From positions 445,047 to 509,046 of the forward strand of contig CAVVAD010000002.1 in assembly GCA_963746105.1 (NCBI GenBank): 64,000 nt of DNA, written 5' to 3'. Positions 1 through 9,096 of the stretch are shown in pieces (positions within the stretch are counted from its first letter, which is position 1; every line of letters begins with the position of its first letter). The notes under the pieces were generated by a model. The model was not told the origin of the DNA, did no database searches, and was given only the letters and a program-made list of their open reading frames with translations. The position numbers and the translations under genes were made by a program. The DNA comes from an uncultured beta proteobacterium (GTDB taxonomy: Bacteria > Pseudomonadota > Gammaproteobacteria > Burkholderiales > Gallionellaceae).

Positions 1-1
1 C

Positions 2-199
2 TCGGTTCGCGACCGCGGGCTGAACGGCGTGGTGTGCGGCCATATCCACAGCGCCGCGATCAAGCAGGTCGGCGAGCTGTTGTACATCAATTGCGGAGAC
101 TGGGTGGACAGCTGCACCGCGATCGTCGAGCATCTGGATGGCCGGCTGGAGCTGATCGAATGGCGCAGCGCCAAGCCTCAGGGCGGAGACAGGATCTGA
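2..199 (+). CDS. 3' end of a calcineurin-like metallophosphoesterase (PlcP / LpxH2-like, often annotated UDP-2,3-diacylglucosamine diphosphatase); runs off the window start
   Basis: Frame 2 translated by hand: SVRDRGLNGVVCGHIHSAAIKQVGELLYINCGDWVDSCTAIVEHLDGRLELIEW...TGA at 197-199. The GVVCGHIH and N(C)GDWV.SCTA.VE motifs match this family. Absent from the ORF track. Confidence 0.8.
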   Translation, partial: SVRDRGLNGVVCGHIHSAAIKQVGELLYINCGDWVDSCTAIVEHLDGRLELIEWRSAKPQGGDRI

Positions 200-235
200 T
201 TGCGGCAGGAGCAGGCAGCCTGGGGAACCTGGGTG

Positions 236-826
236 TCAGTCCACGCAACTGTTTGCCGGGATATCGCCCGGCTTCTGCGCATATTTTTCCGCATGCTTCT
301 CTGCCATGCTGGCGATCGTGTTGAATTTGTCGATCAGGCCATTCTTTGCGAAATGATCGATGATGAATAAGGGGATCAGCGTATCCGGTTCCCACACCCC
401 CTTGAACTTCAGCATGCTGCCCTGGCGCTCGGGCTGGATGGTCCAGCTGCCCTGGAACGACTTCGAATCGCCCGCCAGCTGGGTGAAGGCGATGCGGTCA
501 AATGGACTTTCCGTGTATTCCACCACCGAGTGCAGCCTGACATCGAAGAACAGGATGTGTTCATCGACGATACGTTCTACCCTGACCTGGCTGGCAGATT
601 CGCGATAGGCATGCGACTCGATCACACCCGGCATGTCTTTGTCGTCCTGATAGTCGGTCAGGTAACGGTAGGCGGCGCAGCGCGTCAGCGACGTATCGAA
701 ACTGGCCTGGAAGGTGTACAGGCTGCCGTCTCGGGTGACCTCCACCTGCAAGCCGGGGGCATACCCCTGCGCCCGGGCGGAGATGCCGGCCGACAACAGC
801 AACGCGAACAAGATCAGTTTCCTCAT
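236..826 (-). CDS. Exported SRPBCC/START (polyketide cyclase/dehydrase-like) protein
   Basis: N-terminal signal peptide; LTDY..(D)MPGV.ES and GDSKSFQGSWTI motifs of the SRPBCC fold. Confidence 0.7.
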   Translation of the reverse strand: MRKLILFALLLSAGISARAQGYAPGLQVEVTRDGSLYTFQASFDTSLTRCAAYRYLTDYQDDKDMPGVIESHAYRESASQVRVERIVDEHILFFDVRLHSVVEYTESPFDRIAFTQLAGDSKSFQGSWTIQPERQGSMLKFKGVWEPDTLIPLFIIDHFAKNGLIDKFNTIASMAEKHAEKYAQKPGDIPANSCVD

Positions 827-919
827 GAAGATCCCTTATAGGGTAACTTCATGACGCGGCGATGACAGCCTCGCTGACAGCGCAACCGGTCCGGGTGATA
901 CCCGGTTTCTAACCCGCTG

Positions 920-1972
920 TCAGGCTTCCCCGGCAACTCCGCGGCTGCGCTGTCTGCCCAGCTGGTACCAGTGTTGCGAGGCATTGGCGATCTTCACCAC
1001 CAGCAGCATCACCGGCACTTCGACCAGCACCCCGACCACGGTGGCCAGCGCCGCGCCGGACTGGAAGCCATACAGGCTGATCGCGGTGGCCACCGCCAGC
1101 TCGAAGAAATTGCTCGCGCCGATCAGCGCCGACGGTGCGGCGACACAGTGCACCACGCCCAGGCGCCGGTTCAGCCAGTAGGCCAGCCCCGCGTTGAACA
1201 GCACCTGGATCAGGATGGGCACGGCCAGCAGCGCGATCACCAGCGGCTGGGCGACGATGGCATTGCCTTGCAGCGCGAACAGCAGCACCAGCGTCAACAG
1301 CAGCGCGCCCATGGACAACGGCGCGATCGTCTCCAGCGCCCGTTTGAACGCCGCTGCGCCGTGCGCCAGCAGCTTGCGGCGCAGCAGTTGCGCGAGGATG
1401 ACCGGGATCACGATGTAAAACACCACCGACACGAACAGCGTATCCCATGGCACGCTGATGCTGGCGATGCCGAGCAACAGCGCCACCAGCGGGGCGAAGG
1501 CGAAGATCATGATGGTGTCGTTGAGCGCCACTTGCGACAGCGTGAAATACGGGTCGCCTTTCACCAGCTGGCTCCACACGAACACCATCGCGGTGCAGGG
1601 TGCGGCGGCCAGCAGGATCAGTCCGGCGATATAGCTGTCGAGCTGGTCGTGCGGCAGCCAGGCGGCAAACACATGGCGGATGAACAGCCAGCCGAGAACA
1701 GCCATCGAAAACGGTTTCACGCCCCAGTTGATGAACAGCGTCACGGCGATGCCGCGGCGCTGCGCCCTGACCTGATGCAGCGCGCCGAAATCGATCTTCA
1801 GCAGCATCGGGATGATCATCACCCACACCAGCACGCCCACCGGGATGTTGACCCTGGCGATCTCCAGGCCGGCGATCGCATGGAACACGCCCGGCAGGAA
1901 TTGGCCGAGCAGTACGCCGACGAAGATGCACAGCGCGACCCAGAGGGTCAGATAGCGCTCGAAAAGATTCAT
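920..1972 (-). CDS. acr3: ACR3-family arsenite efflux transporter
   Basis: FERYLTLWVALCI, INWGVKPFSM, AAAPCTAMVFVWS, GASNFFELAVA and GVLVEVPVML motifs. Confidence 0.97.
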   Translation of the reverse strand: MNLFERYLTLWVALCIFVGVLLGQFLPGVFHAIAGLEIARVNIPVGVLVWVMIIPMLLKIDFGALHQVRAQRRGIAVTLFINWGVKPFSMAVLGWLFIRHVFAAWLPHDQLDSYIAGLILLAAAPCTAMVFVWSQLVKGDPYFTLSQVALNDTIMIFAFAPLVALLLGIASISVPWDTLFVSVVFYIVIPVILAQLLRRKLLAHGAAAFKRALETIAPLSMGALLLTLVLLFALQGNAIVAQPLVIALLAVPILIQVLFNAGLAYWLNRRLGVVHCVAAPSALIGASNFFELAVATAISLYGFQSGAALATVVGVLVEVPVMLLVVKIANASQHWYQLGRQRSRGVAGEA

Positions 1973-1975
1973 GAC

Positions 1976-2473
1976 TTAATCCTCGATGCGGCCGATCTCG
2001 GCGAGTTTTTCCTTCAGCGCGAGCCGGTCCAGTTTCTCGATCGGTAGACTCATGAACAGCTGAATGCGCCGCGCCAGTTGTTCGTAGGCGCGCCTGAAGG
2101 CGGCACGCCTTGCCTCATCGCCCTCGACATGCGCCGGGTCCGGGATACCCCAGTGTGCCGTGGCCGGCCTGCCCGGCCAGACCGGGCAAACCTCACCCGC
2201 GGCGTTGTCGCACACGGTAAAGATGAAATCGAATTCCGGCGCGCCGGGCGCGGCGAACTCGTCCCAGCTCTTGCTGCGCAACCCGCCGACAGCATAGCCG
2301 CGCTGCTGCAACAGTTCCAGCGCGCCGGGATTCACTGCTCCGGCCGGCTTGCTGCCCGCGCTATAAGCCCTGAACCGGCCCTTGCCCATGCTATTGAACA
2401 GCACCTCGCCCAGTATGCTGCGCGCCGAATTGCCGGTGCACAGCACCAGTACCTTGTATTGCCTTTCACTCAT
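1976..2473 (-). CDS. arsC: Arsenate reductase, thioredoxin-coupled LMW-PTP type
   Basis: VLCTGNSARS P-loop, TVCDNAAGEVCPVWPG, HWGIPDPA; lies between arsR and acr3. Confidence 0.95.
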   Translation of the reverse strand: MSERQYKVLVLCTGNSARSILGEVLFNSMGKGRFRAYSAGSKPAGAVNPGALELLQQRGYAVGGLRSKSWDEFAAPGAPEFDFIFTVCDNAAGEVCPVWPGRPATAHWGIPDPAHVEGDEARRAAFRRAYEQLARRIQLFMSLPIEKLDRLALKEKLAEIGRIED

Positions 2474-2524
2474 TTTTGTTTCCCCGGTAAATTATCGGCA
2501 TTGCTTGCTCAGTATTTTTTTGGT

Positions 2525-2848
2525 TCAGCATTTTTGGCCGGGCACCCTGCAGGCATCCGCATTCCCGCCGCAACAGTTCTCCGTCAGGTAATCCACCATC
2601 CCGTTCATCACCGCAAAGTTCGCCGCGTAGTAGATGAAGCGCCCATCCTGCTTGCTCTCCACCAATCCGGCATGGCTCAACGTCCTGAAGTGAAACGACA
2701 GCGTCGCCGGCGCCACTTTCAGCCTTTCGGCTATCTGCCCCGCCGCCAGGCCCTCCGGCCCATGCTCCACCAGCAAGCGGTAGATCGCCAGCCGCGTGGG
2801 TTGCGCCAGTGCCGACAGCGCCTTGACCACTTGATTCGGTTTCATCAT
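2525..2848 (-). CDS. arsR: ArsR/SmtB repressor with C-terminal CC As(III) site
   Basis: ALAQPTRLAIYRLLV HTH, LSFH, and C-terminal LTENCCGG...C. Confidence 0.95.
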   Translation of the reverse strand: MMKPNQVVKALSALAQPTRLAIYRLLVEHGPEGLAAGQIAERLKVAPATLSFHFRTLSHAGLVESKQDGRFIYYAANFAVMNGMVDYLTENCCGGNADACRVPGQKC

Positions 2849-2859
2849 TTTACATTTCC

Positions 2860-2872
2860 ATTGTTAAACAAT
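2860..2872. promoter_or_regulatory. Candidate ArsR operator
   Basis: Perfect inverted repeat ATTGTT-A-AACAAT 12 bp upstream of the arsR start in an AT-rich tract. Confidence 0.5.
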
Positions 2873-2929
2873 TATTAAAACGACAGGCGCAATTGAAACA
2901 GAAATCAGCCGGTTGTTCAACTCTATTGG

Positions 2930-3820
2930 CTAGGCATGGTCTGATAAAGCGCAAACCAGACTGCCGGTTTCAATCTGGATGGTGGCGTGCTCGATGGCGA
3001 AATTGTCATGCAATGCCTCCGCCACGCGGTTGAGAAAATCATCTCCCGGATGCCCGTCACGCATGACCAGATGCACGGTCAGTGCGATATCGGACGAACT
3101 CATCGCCCACACATGCAGGTCATGCACTGCGCTGACGCCGGGCAGGGCTGACAGGTAATTTTTCACCGCATCCAATTCGATCGAGGCGGGTACGCCGTCC
3201 AGCGTAAGGTGCAGGGACTGGCGCAGCAGCCCCCAGGTGCCCAGCAAGATCACCACGGCGATCACCAGGCTGAGCGCCGGGTCCAGCCAGGTCCAGCCAG
3301 TCCGGATAAATACCGCACCCGCGATGACCACGCCGAGTGAAACCAGCGCGTCCGCCGCCATGTGCAGAAACGCGCCGCGCAGGTTGAGGTCATCCTTGTT
3401 GCCCGACATGAACAGCCAGGCGGTGATGCCGTTGATCGCCACACCGGCAGCAGCGACCAGCATCACGATGCCGCCCTGGATCGGAACCGGGTGCGAGAAC
3501 CGGGAGATGGCCTCCCACGCGATGCCGCCTACCGCGACCAGCAGAATCAGCGCATTGAACAATGCGGCCAGTATCGTCGCGCGGCCCCAGCCGTAAGTGT
3601 GCTTGCGGTTGGGGCGCAAGCGTGCCAGATAAAACCCTCCCCATGCCATCAGCAATCCCAGCACGTCGCTCAGGTTGTGTCCGGCATCGGAGAGCAGCGC
3701 GAGCGATGCCGCCTGCCAGCCGTAGAACGCCTCGACCAGCACGAACACCACGTTCAGCGCGATGCCGATAACAAAAGCGCGGTCATAGTTTGCGGCGTGG
3801 CTGTGGGAGTGTGCGCTCAT
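2930..3820 (-). CDS. Cation diffusion facilitator (CzcD/ZitB-like Zn/Co/Cd efflux)
   Basis: His-rich N-terminus, LLSDAGHNLSD, NLRGAFLHMAADAL, HDLHVW, HATIQIE. Confidence 0.93.
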   Translation of the reverse strand: MSAHSHSHAANYDRAFVIGIALNVVFVLVEAFYGWQAASLALLSDAGHNLSDVLGLLMAWGGFYLARLRPNRKHTYGWGRATILAALFNALILLVAVGGIAWEAISRFSHPVPIQGGIVMLVAAAGVAINGITAWLFMSGNKDDLNLRGAFLHMAADALVSLGVVIAGAVFIRTGWTWLDPALSLVIAVVILLGTWGLLRQSLHLTLDGVPASIELDAVKNYLSALPGVSAVHDLHVWAMSSSDIALTVHLVMRDGHPGDDFLNRVAEALHDNFAIEHATIQIETGSLVCALSDHA

Positions 3821-4023
3821 ACGACACCCTTGCAGCGAGGGACGCTGCCATGGGTATCGATACGCACCAGATCAACCTGAAATATCATTTTTATCCTGTG
3901 TTCGCTCATCGCTTGGTCATTGTGAAAATAATTGCCACCAGCGCTTTCGATTATCGGGATGCCGCTCTCGATGAGCGCCGGTTGCGGGATACTACACAGC
4001 AGTCAGTAATAAAGACGACAGAT

Positions 4024-4091
4024 GTAGGGTGGATAAGCGAAGCGCATCCACCAAAGCGCTTTGGTGGATGCGCTTCGCTTATCCACCCTAC
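4024..4091. repeat. GTAG-type REP doublet (perfect 68-bp palindrome)
   Basis: GTAGGGTGGATAAGCGAAGCGCATCCACCAAAGC is followed directly by its exact reverse complement; each half has an internal GGTGGAT/ATCCACC hairpin. Confidence 0.9.
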
Positions 4092-4107
4092 GTTACTCAC
4101 GGCATCC

Positions 4108-4539
4108 TCAGCTTGAAAAAAGCTGCCACCAGCGCTTGCGATTATTGGGCGTTGGCGCATGGGTCTCGATCAACGCGGGCGGCTCGGTACTGAGTATCCA
4201 GCCCGGCGGCGAGGGCGTTGTATCACGGCTACAGGAAGAGCCCATGTTACCCGGATCATAGACCTTGATCAGCGTCGGCTGCTCCACATCGTCGGCATAG
4301 ACGATGCCGCAGTAGTGGTAATCATGTTCACTATGCAACAACCGGTTCAGCGCATCGATGCGCGCCGCGAGTTCGCCGCCGCCCAGTGCTTCTTCCGGCA
4401 CATCCTCGCCCACCTGGTAAAAGAACCATAGGCCGGGTTTGACACGCGCCCACAACTCGTCGAGCTGCTGCCATTGCAGGATGCCTGAAAAGGTTCCTTT
4501 CAGGCGCGCATGAAAAGCTTCTGCTGCGGTGCTGTCCAT
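4108..4539 (-). CDS. Conserved-looking hypothetical protein with CGIVY...YDP.N.GSSC motif
   Basis: 143-aa ORF with protein-like composition and C-terminal RKRWWQLF; function not recognised. Confidence 0.7.
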   Translation of the reverse strand: MDSTAAEAFHARLKGTFSGILQWQQLDELWARVKPGLWFFYQVGEDVPEEALGGGELAARIDALNRLLHSEHDYHYCGIVYADDVEQPTLIKVYDPGNMGSSCSRDTTPSPPGWILSTEPPALIETHAPTPNNRKRWWQLFSS

Positions 4540-4588
4540 ATCATCCCCATATCATTATTGATACTTCCATAATTCATGACACCCTTGC

Positions 4589-4709
4589 CGTTATTGCGAA
4601 CGAAGTGAAGAAATCCAGCAAGACCAAAGTGCATTTTGGCTAAATCACCTGGATTCGCGCTTGTCCGAGGGACAGTTTATCCTGAGTCCATCGAAGGACG
4701 GGAATGACG
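4589..4709. repeat. Degenerate CGTCATT...AATGACG-type palindromic intergenic repeat
   Basis: Outer CGTTATT/AATGACG and inner AATCCAG (4612-4618)/CTGGATT (4649-4655) inverted pairs. Confidence 0.55.
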
Positions 4710-4776
4710 TGCCAGTTTTTTAATTTCTCCTTACCGCATTCCGCAAGATGCGTCACCGTCATCAAATATGGAAACC

Positions 4777-5007
4777 TCAATAGAATAACCAGCCGGCGAT
4801 CTTGTCGCGGCCCGGCATACCGCATGCAACACTTTTCCCTCCACCACCGCGCCGGCCGTGGATATGATGCCATAAGCCATGATGTCCCGGACCTGCCCGA
4901 CTTTCCCCTGCCGGATTTCGATGCCCTTTTATTTGGCGGCAGTCTCGACCAGTTTCAGCCTGGTCCTGCAGTTGCACACCTGTGCCGAGAACTTCGATGC
5001 TTTTCAT
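4777..5007 (-). pseudogene. Degraded small thioredoxin-like redox-active disulfide protein (MTH895/TM0996-type)
   Basis: MKSIEVLGTG, frameshift, CNCRTRLKLVETAAK-stop-KGIEI...DIMAYGIISTAGAVVEGKVLHA, frameshift, GMPGRDKIAGWL. Two frameshifts plus one internal stop. Confidence 0.75.
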
Positions 5008-5133
5008 CCGACTCCGGATTTATTATAAGCAAAGCCGCGTGTCGCATTGGCGACCACAACGCCCCGGTAACAAAAGCTTCACGCAGCAAGATTAGTATCG
5101 CCCGCTTACACAGGCCAGGCGGGGAGCTGCCAG

Positions 5134-5841
5134 ATGGTTAACAGCGAACACACTTCAAGGCAATATGACGCAGAACTTGAATCCGTCCGCTGTCGCGTGC
5201 TGCAGATGGGCGACTTGGTGGCAAACCAGGTCCGTCTCGCCGTTGCGGCGCTGGCCAAAGGCGATACGGCGTCGATAGATCGCATCATCGCGGATGATCA
5301 CCGTGTCAATGCGCTGGAAGTGGCGATAGATGAAAGTTGCAGTCACATCATCGTGCGCCGGCAGCCGACCGCAGGCGACCTGCGTATCGTGATGATGGTG
5401 ATCAAAACGATCACCGACCTGGAACGCATCGGCGATGAGGCAAAGAAGATCGCTCTCACGGCCAAGCGGCTGAAACACAGGCAAGGCCTGACCCTGCCCC
5501 GTTTCAACAAGATCAATCATGTGGCAAAGCTGACGCTGGACATGCTGCTCAAGTCGCTGGACGCTTTTGCCAACCTGGATATATCCGCTGTCGCGCAGGT
5601 GGTGCGCCAGGACGAGAAGGTGGACGAAGAGTTTCGCAACATCATGCGCTACCTCGCCACTTTCATGATGGAAGACCCGCGTACTATTTCCAGCGCGCTG
5701 GAGATCCTGTTTGTCGCCAAGGCCATTGAACGCATCGGCGACCATGCCAAGAACATGTCCGAATATGTCGTGTATATGGTCAAGGGGCGCGATGTGCGCC
5801 ATATCACCGTGGATAAGATCGAGCGCGAAGTGCAGCAATGA
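5134..5841 (+). CDS. phoU: Phosphate signalling protein PhoU
   Basis: HTSRQYDAEL, RQPTAGDLR, DLERIGDEA, KAIERIGDHAKN. Confidence 0.97.
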   Translation: MVNSEHTSRQYDAELESVRCRVLQMGDLVANQVRLAVAALAKGDTASIDRIIADDHRVNALEVAIDESCSHIIVRRQPTAGDLRIVMMVIKTITDLERIGDEAKKIALTAKRLKHRQGLTLPRFNKINHVAKLTLDMLLKSLDAFANLDISAVAQVVRQDEKVDEEFRNIMRYLATFMMEDPRTISSALEILFVAKAIERIGDHAKNMSEYVVYMVKGRDVRHITVDKIEREVQQ

Positions 5842-5940
5842 TCCGCAGGGATCACCATGCCCTGCAATTCAGACGCCAAAATCTGCACTATCCCATCCGC
5901 GCACAAGCGCTGCTCGCCTATTGGGATTTTCAGGGATAGA

Positions 5941-5973
5941 CTGTAATAATCCAGTAACATAACCGCCATAATA
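5941..5973 (+). promoter_or_regulatory. Pho box (PhoB site) upstream of pstS
   Basis: Three 7-mers at 11-bp period separated by A/T-rich 4-mers: CTGTAAT-AATC-CAGTAAC-ATAA-CCGCCAT-AATA, resembling CTGTCAT-A(A/T)A(A/T) repeats. Confidence 0.7.
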
Positions 5974-6087
5974 TGCAACCCGCAACAAACTTTGCCGGAT
6001 TCACCACTTTGCCGGCCTGACCCGGGATCTTGACCGGGAATCACGGATGACCGCAGCCCGCAACTCAATATAGATTATGGAGAGATC

Positions 6088-7137
6088 ATGAACAGCAAAC
6101 TGAAGCAACTCATCATCGGCATCGCCGCCGCTACTGTGGCGGCCTATGCCGGCGCCAGCCAGGCTACCGACATCACCGGCGCCGGCTCGACCTTTATCTA
6201 CCCGATCGCCGCCAAATGGGCTGATGCCTACAAGACCAAAACCAATATCGGCCTGAATTACCAGTCCATCGGCTCCGGCGGCGGCATCAAGCAGATCGAA
6301 GCCAAGACCGTGGATTTCGGCGCCTCCGACATGCCGATGAAGAAGGAAGACCTGGACGCGAATGGCCTGATGCAATTCCCGGCCATCAATGGCGCCGTGG
6401 TTCCGGTCGTGAATTTGGAAGGCATTGAAACCGGCAAGCTGAAACTGGACGGGACTGTATTGGCCGACATCTACCTGGGCAAGATCACCAAGTGGAATGA
6501 TCCGGCGATCGCCGCACTGAACAAGGACATCAAGTTGCCCGATGCGGACATCACCGTGGTGCACCGCTCCGACGGTTCGGGCACCAGCTTCATTTTCACC
6601 AACTATCTGTCCAAGGTCAGCGCAGACTGGAAGTCCGCTGTGGGCGAAGGCACGGCGGTCTCCTGGAAAGCGGGCACCGGCGGCAAGGGCAACGAAGGCG
6701 TGGCCTCCTATGTGCAGCGCATCAAGGGTTCGATCGGTTATGTGGAATATGCCTACGCGCTGCAGAACAAGATGAACTACGTGCAAATGAAGAACCACGA
6801 CGGCCATTTCATCCAGCCGAATATCGAGTCCTTCAAGGCAGCGGCAGCGGGCGCGCGCTGGGACAAGGCTCCGGGCTTCTACGAGATCCTGACCAACGAA
6901 CCGGGCAAGAACAGCTGGCCGATCACCGGCTCCACTTTCGTGCTGATGCACAAGGTTCAGGACAAACCCGAGACCGCCAGGGAAGTGCTGAAGTTCTTCG
7001 ACTGGGCCTACCGCAATGGCGGCCAGATGGCCGAGTCGCTGGACTACGTGCCGATGCCTGAATCGGTAGCCAAACTGATCGAAGCCGCCTGGAAAGCACA
7101 AATCAAGGACGCCGCAGGCAAACCGGTCTGGAAATAA
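6088..7137 (+). CDS. pstS: Phosphate ABC transporter periplasmic binding protein
   Basis: ITGAGSTF, YQSIGSGGG, DFGASD, HRSDGSGTS, IGYVEYAYA. Confidence 0.98.
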   Translation: MNSKLKQLIIGIAAATVAAYAGASQATDITGAGSTFIYPIAAKWADAYKTKTNIGLNYQSIGSGGGIKQIEAKTVDFGASDMPMKKEDLDANGLMQFPAINGAVVPVVNLEGIETGKLKLDGTVLADIYLGKITKWNDPAIAALNKDIKLPDADITVVHRSDGSGTSFIFTNYLSKVSADWKSAVGEGTAVSWKAGTGGKGNEGVASYVQRIKGSIGYVEYAYALQNKMNYVQMKNHDGHFIQPNIESFKAAAAGARWDKAPGFYEILTNEPGKNSWPITGSTFVLMHKVQDKPETAREVLKFFDWAYRNGGQMAESLDYVPMPESVAKLIEAAWKAQIKDAAGKPVWK

Positions 7138-7197
7138 GGCTTTCTGGAAATATGCCCGGGGTGCGTGGCTGACACGGCACAAGCTTAGGCTATAATC

Positions 7198-7226
7198 GCG
7201 GGGGCTGATGCCCCCGCTGTTTTTTT
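7198..7226 (+). terminator. Stem-loop plus U-tract between pstS and pstC
   Basis: GCGGGGG-CTGATG-CCCCCGC followed by TGTTTTTTT. Confidence 0.7.
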
Positions 7227-7242
7227 AACCGATCATACAACC

Positions 7243-8205
7243 ATGCAGATGTTTTCACAGGAAACGCGCCTTAAACGACAAGCGGTGTTCGACTTGCTGT
7301 TCCGCAGCCTGACACGCGTCTGCGCATTCGGCGTATTGTCGCTGCTGGCGGCGATCATCGGTTCGCTGGTGGTGGGCAGCCTGCCTGCGATCCATGCTTT
7401 CGGCCCGGGCTTTCTGGTCAGTTCCGACTGGGACCCGGTCAACGACAGGTTCGGCGGCCTGATCCCGATCATCGGCACGCTGGTCACCTCGGGTATCGCA
7501 CTGCTGATCGCGATTCCGGTCAGCTTCGGCATCGCACTGTTCCTCACCGAGCTTTCGCCGCGCATGCTGCGCCGCCCGCTGGGCATCGCGATCGAATTGC
7601 TGGCGGGCATTCCCAGCATCATCTACGGCATGTGGGGATTGTTCGAATTTGCGCCGCTGTTCGCCGACCACGTCGAGCCGTGGCTCAACAAGCATGTCGG
7701 CACGCTGCCCTACATCGGCCCGTTCTTCTCCGGCCCGCCCATGGGCATCGGCCTGCTGACTGCCGGGATCATCCTCGCGATCATGGTGATCCCGTTCATC
7801 GCATCGGTGATGCGCGACGTGTTCGATGTGGTACCCACGCTGCTGAAGGAATCCGCTTACGGACTCGGCGCGACCACCTGGGAAGTGATGTGGCAGGTGG
7901 TGCTGCCCTACACCAAGGTGGGTGTGGCCGGCGGCATCATGCTGGGGCTCGGGCGCGCATTGGGCGAAACCATGGCCGTCACCTTCGTGATCGGCAATGC
8001 GCACGACCTGAGCCAGTCCCTGCTGATGCCGGGCAACAGCATCTCCTCGGCGCTGGCCAACGAGTTCACCGAAGCGGTCGGAGACCTGTACACATCTTCG
8101 TTGATCGAGCTCGGCCTGATCCTGTTCTTCATCACTTTCGTGGTCCTGTCGATCGCGCGCTACATGCTGTACAAACTGGGGCAGCGCGAAGGCCAGGCTG
8201 CCTGA
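7243..8205 (+). CDS. pstC: Phosphate ABC transporter permease PstC
   Basis: [39 protein letters not shown]. Confidence 0.98.
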   Translation: MQMFSQETRLKRQAVFDLLFRSLTRVCAFGVLSLLAAIIGSLVVGSLPAIHAFGPGFLVSSDWDPVNDRFGGLIPIIGTLVTSGIALLIAIPVSFGIALFLTELSPRMLRRPLGIAIELLAGIPSIIYGMWGLFEFAPLFADHVEPWLNKHVGTLPYIGPFFSGPPMGIGLLTAGIILAIMVIPFIASVMRDVFDVVPTLLKESAYGLGATTWEVMWQVVLPYTKVGVAGGIMLGLGRALGETMAVTFVIGNAHDLSQSLLMPGNSISSALANEFTEAVGDLYTSSLIELGLILFFITFVVLSIARYMLYKLGQREGQAA

Positions 8206-8224
8206 ACGGGACTGCGCAAACACC

Positions 8225-9070
8225 ATGCTGAATCTATACACGCGCCGCCGCATCATCAACGCAGTGGGACTTTCGGTCTCGGTGCTGGCGATGCTGTTCG
8301 GATTGTTCTGGCTGTGCTGGATATTGCTGACCCTGCTGGATCATGGACTGCCCGCGCTCACCCCGATGGTATTCGCGCAAATGACCCCGCCGCCGGGCAA
8401 TTCGGGCGGCCTGCTCAACGCCATCGCCGGCAGCCTGATGATGACGGTGGTCGGCACCCTGATCGGCACGCCGATCGGCATCCTGGCCGGCACCTATCTG
8501 GCCGAATTCGGCCAGCGCGGCTGGCTGGCGCCAGTCACCCGTTTCATCAACGATGTGCTGCTGTCCGCCCCTTCCATCGTGATCGGCTTGTTCGTGTATG
8601 AAATGTATGTGGTCAAGGTCAGGCATTTTTCCGGCTGGGCCGGCGCTTTTGCACTGTCCATCCTGGTGATCCCGGTGGTGATCCGCACCACCGAAAACAT
8701 GTTGCGCCTGGTGCCCAGCACGCTGCGCGAAGCCGCCGCGGCGCTCGGCGCGCCGCAATGGAAAGTGATCAATTTCGTCACGCTGCGCGCCGCGCGCGCA
8801 GGGATCATCACCGGGGTGTTGCTGGCGGTGGCGCGCATCAGCGGCGAAACCGCGCCGCTGCTGTTTACCTCGCTGAACAACCAGTTCTGGAACAGCAACA
8901 TGAACCAGCCGATGGCCAACCTGCCGGTGGTGATTTTCCAGTTCGCAATGAGTCCCTATGGCGACTGGCAAAAGCTGGCCTGGGCAGGCGCGCTGCTGAT
9001 CACCATCAGCGTATTGACGCTGAATATCCTGGCGCGTGTGCTGTTCAGGCAAAGCGCCACCACCCATTAA
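8225..9070 (+). CDS. pstA: Phosphate ABC transporter permease PstA
   Basis: [35 protein letters not shown]. Confidence 0.98.
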   Translation: MLNLYTRRRIINAVGLSVSVLAMLFGLFWLCWILLTLLDHGLPALTPMVFAQMTPPPGNSGGLLNAIAGSLMMTVVGTLIGTPIGILAGTYLAEFGQRGWLAPVTRFINDVLLSAPSIVIGLFVYEMYVVKVRHFSGWAGAFALSILVIPVVIRTTENMLRLVPSTLREAAAALGAPQWKVINFVTLRAARAGIITGVLLAVARISGETAPLLFTSLNNQFWNSNMNQPMANLPVVIFQFAMSPYGDWQKLAWAGALLITISVLTLNILARVLFRQSATTH

Positions 9071-9096
9071 AATCCGGCCACACACCAGGTCAGCTC

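Noticed and set aside
971-2047. Long antisense or alternate-frame ORFs over real genes (also 7255-8259, 12046-13542, 14148-15242, 30014-31645, 46969-48114, 54171-55595 and many others)
   Set aside because: These are shadow ORFs expected in high-GC DNA. They lack motifs and lie opposite well-supported genes.
3951-4160. ORFs containing VGWISEAHPPKRFGGCASLIHPT on both strands
   Set aside because: They are translations of the palindromic REP. No RBS or other support.
5065-5082. Possible Pho box upstream of phoU (CGGTAAC-AAAA-GCTTCAC)
   Set aside because: The 11-bp spacing is right but the match to the consensus is weak. Not enough to call.
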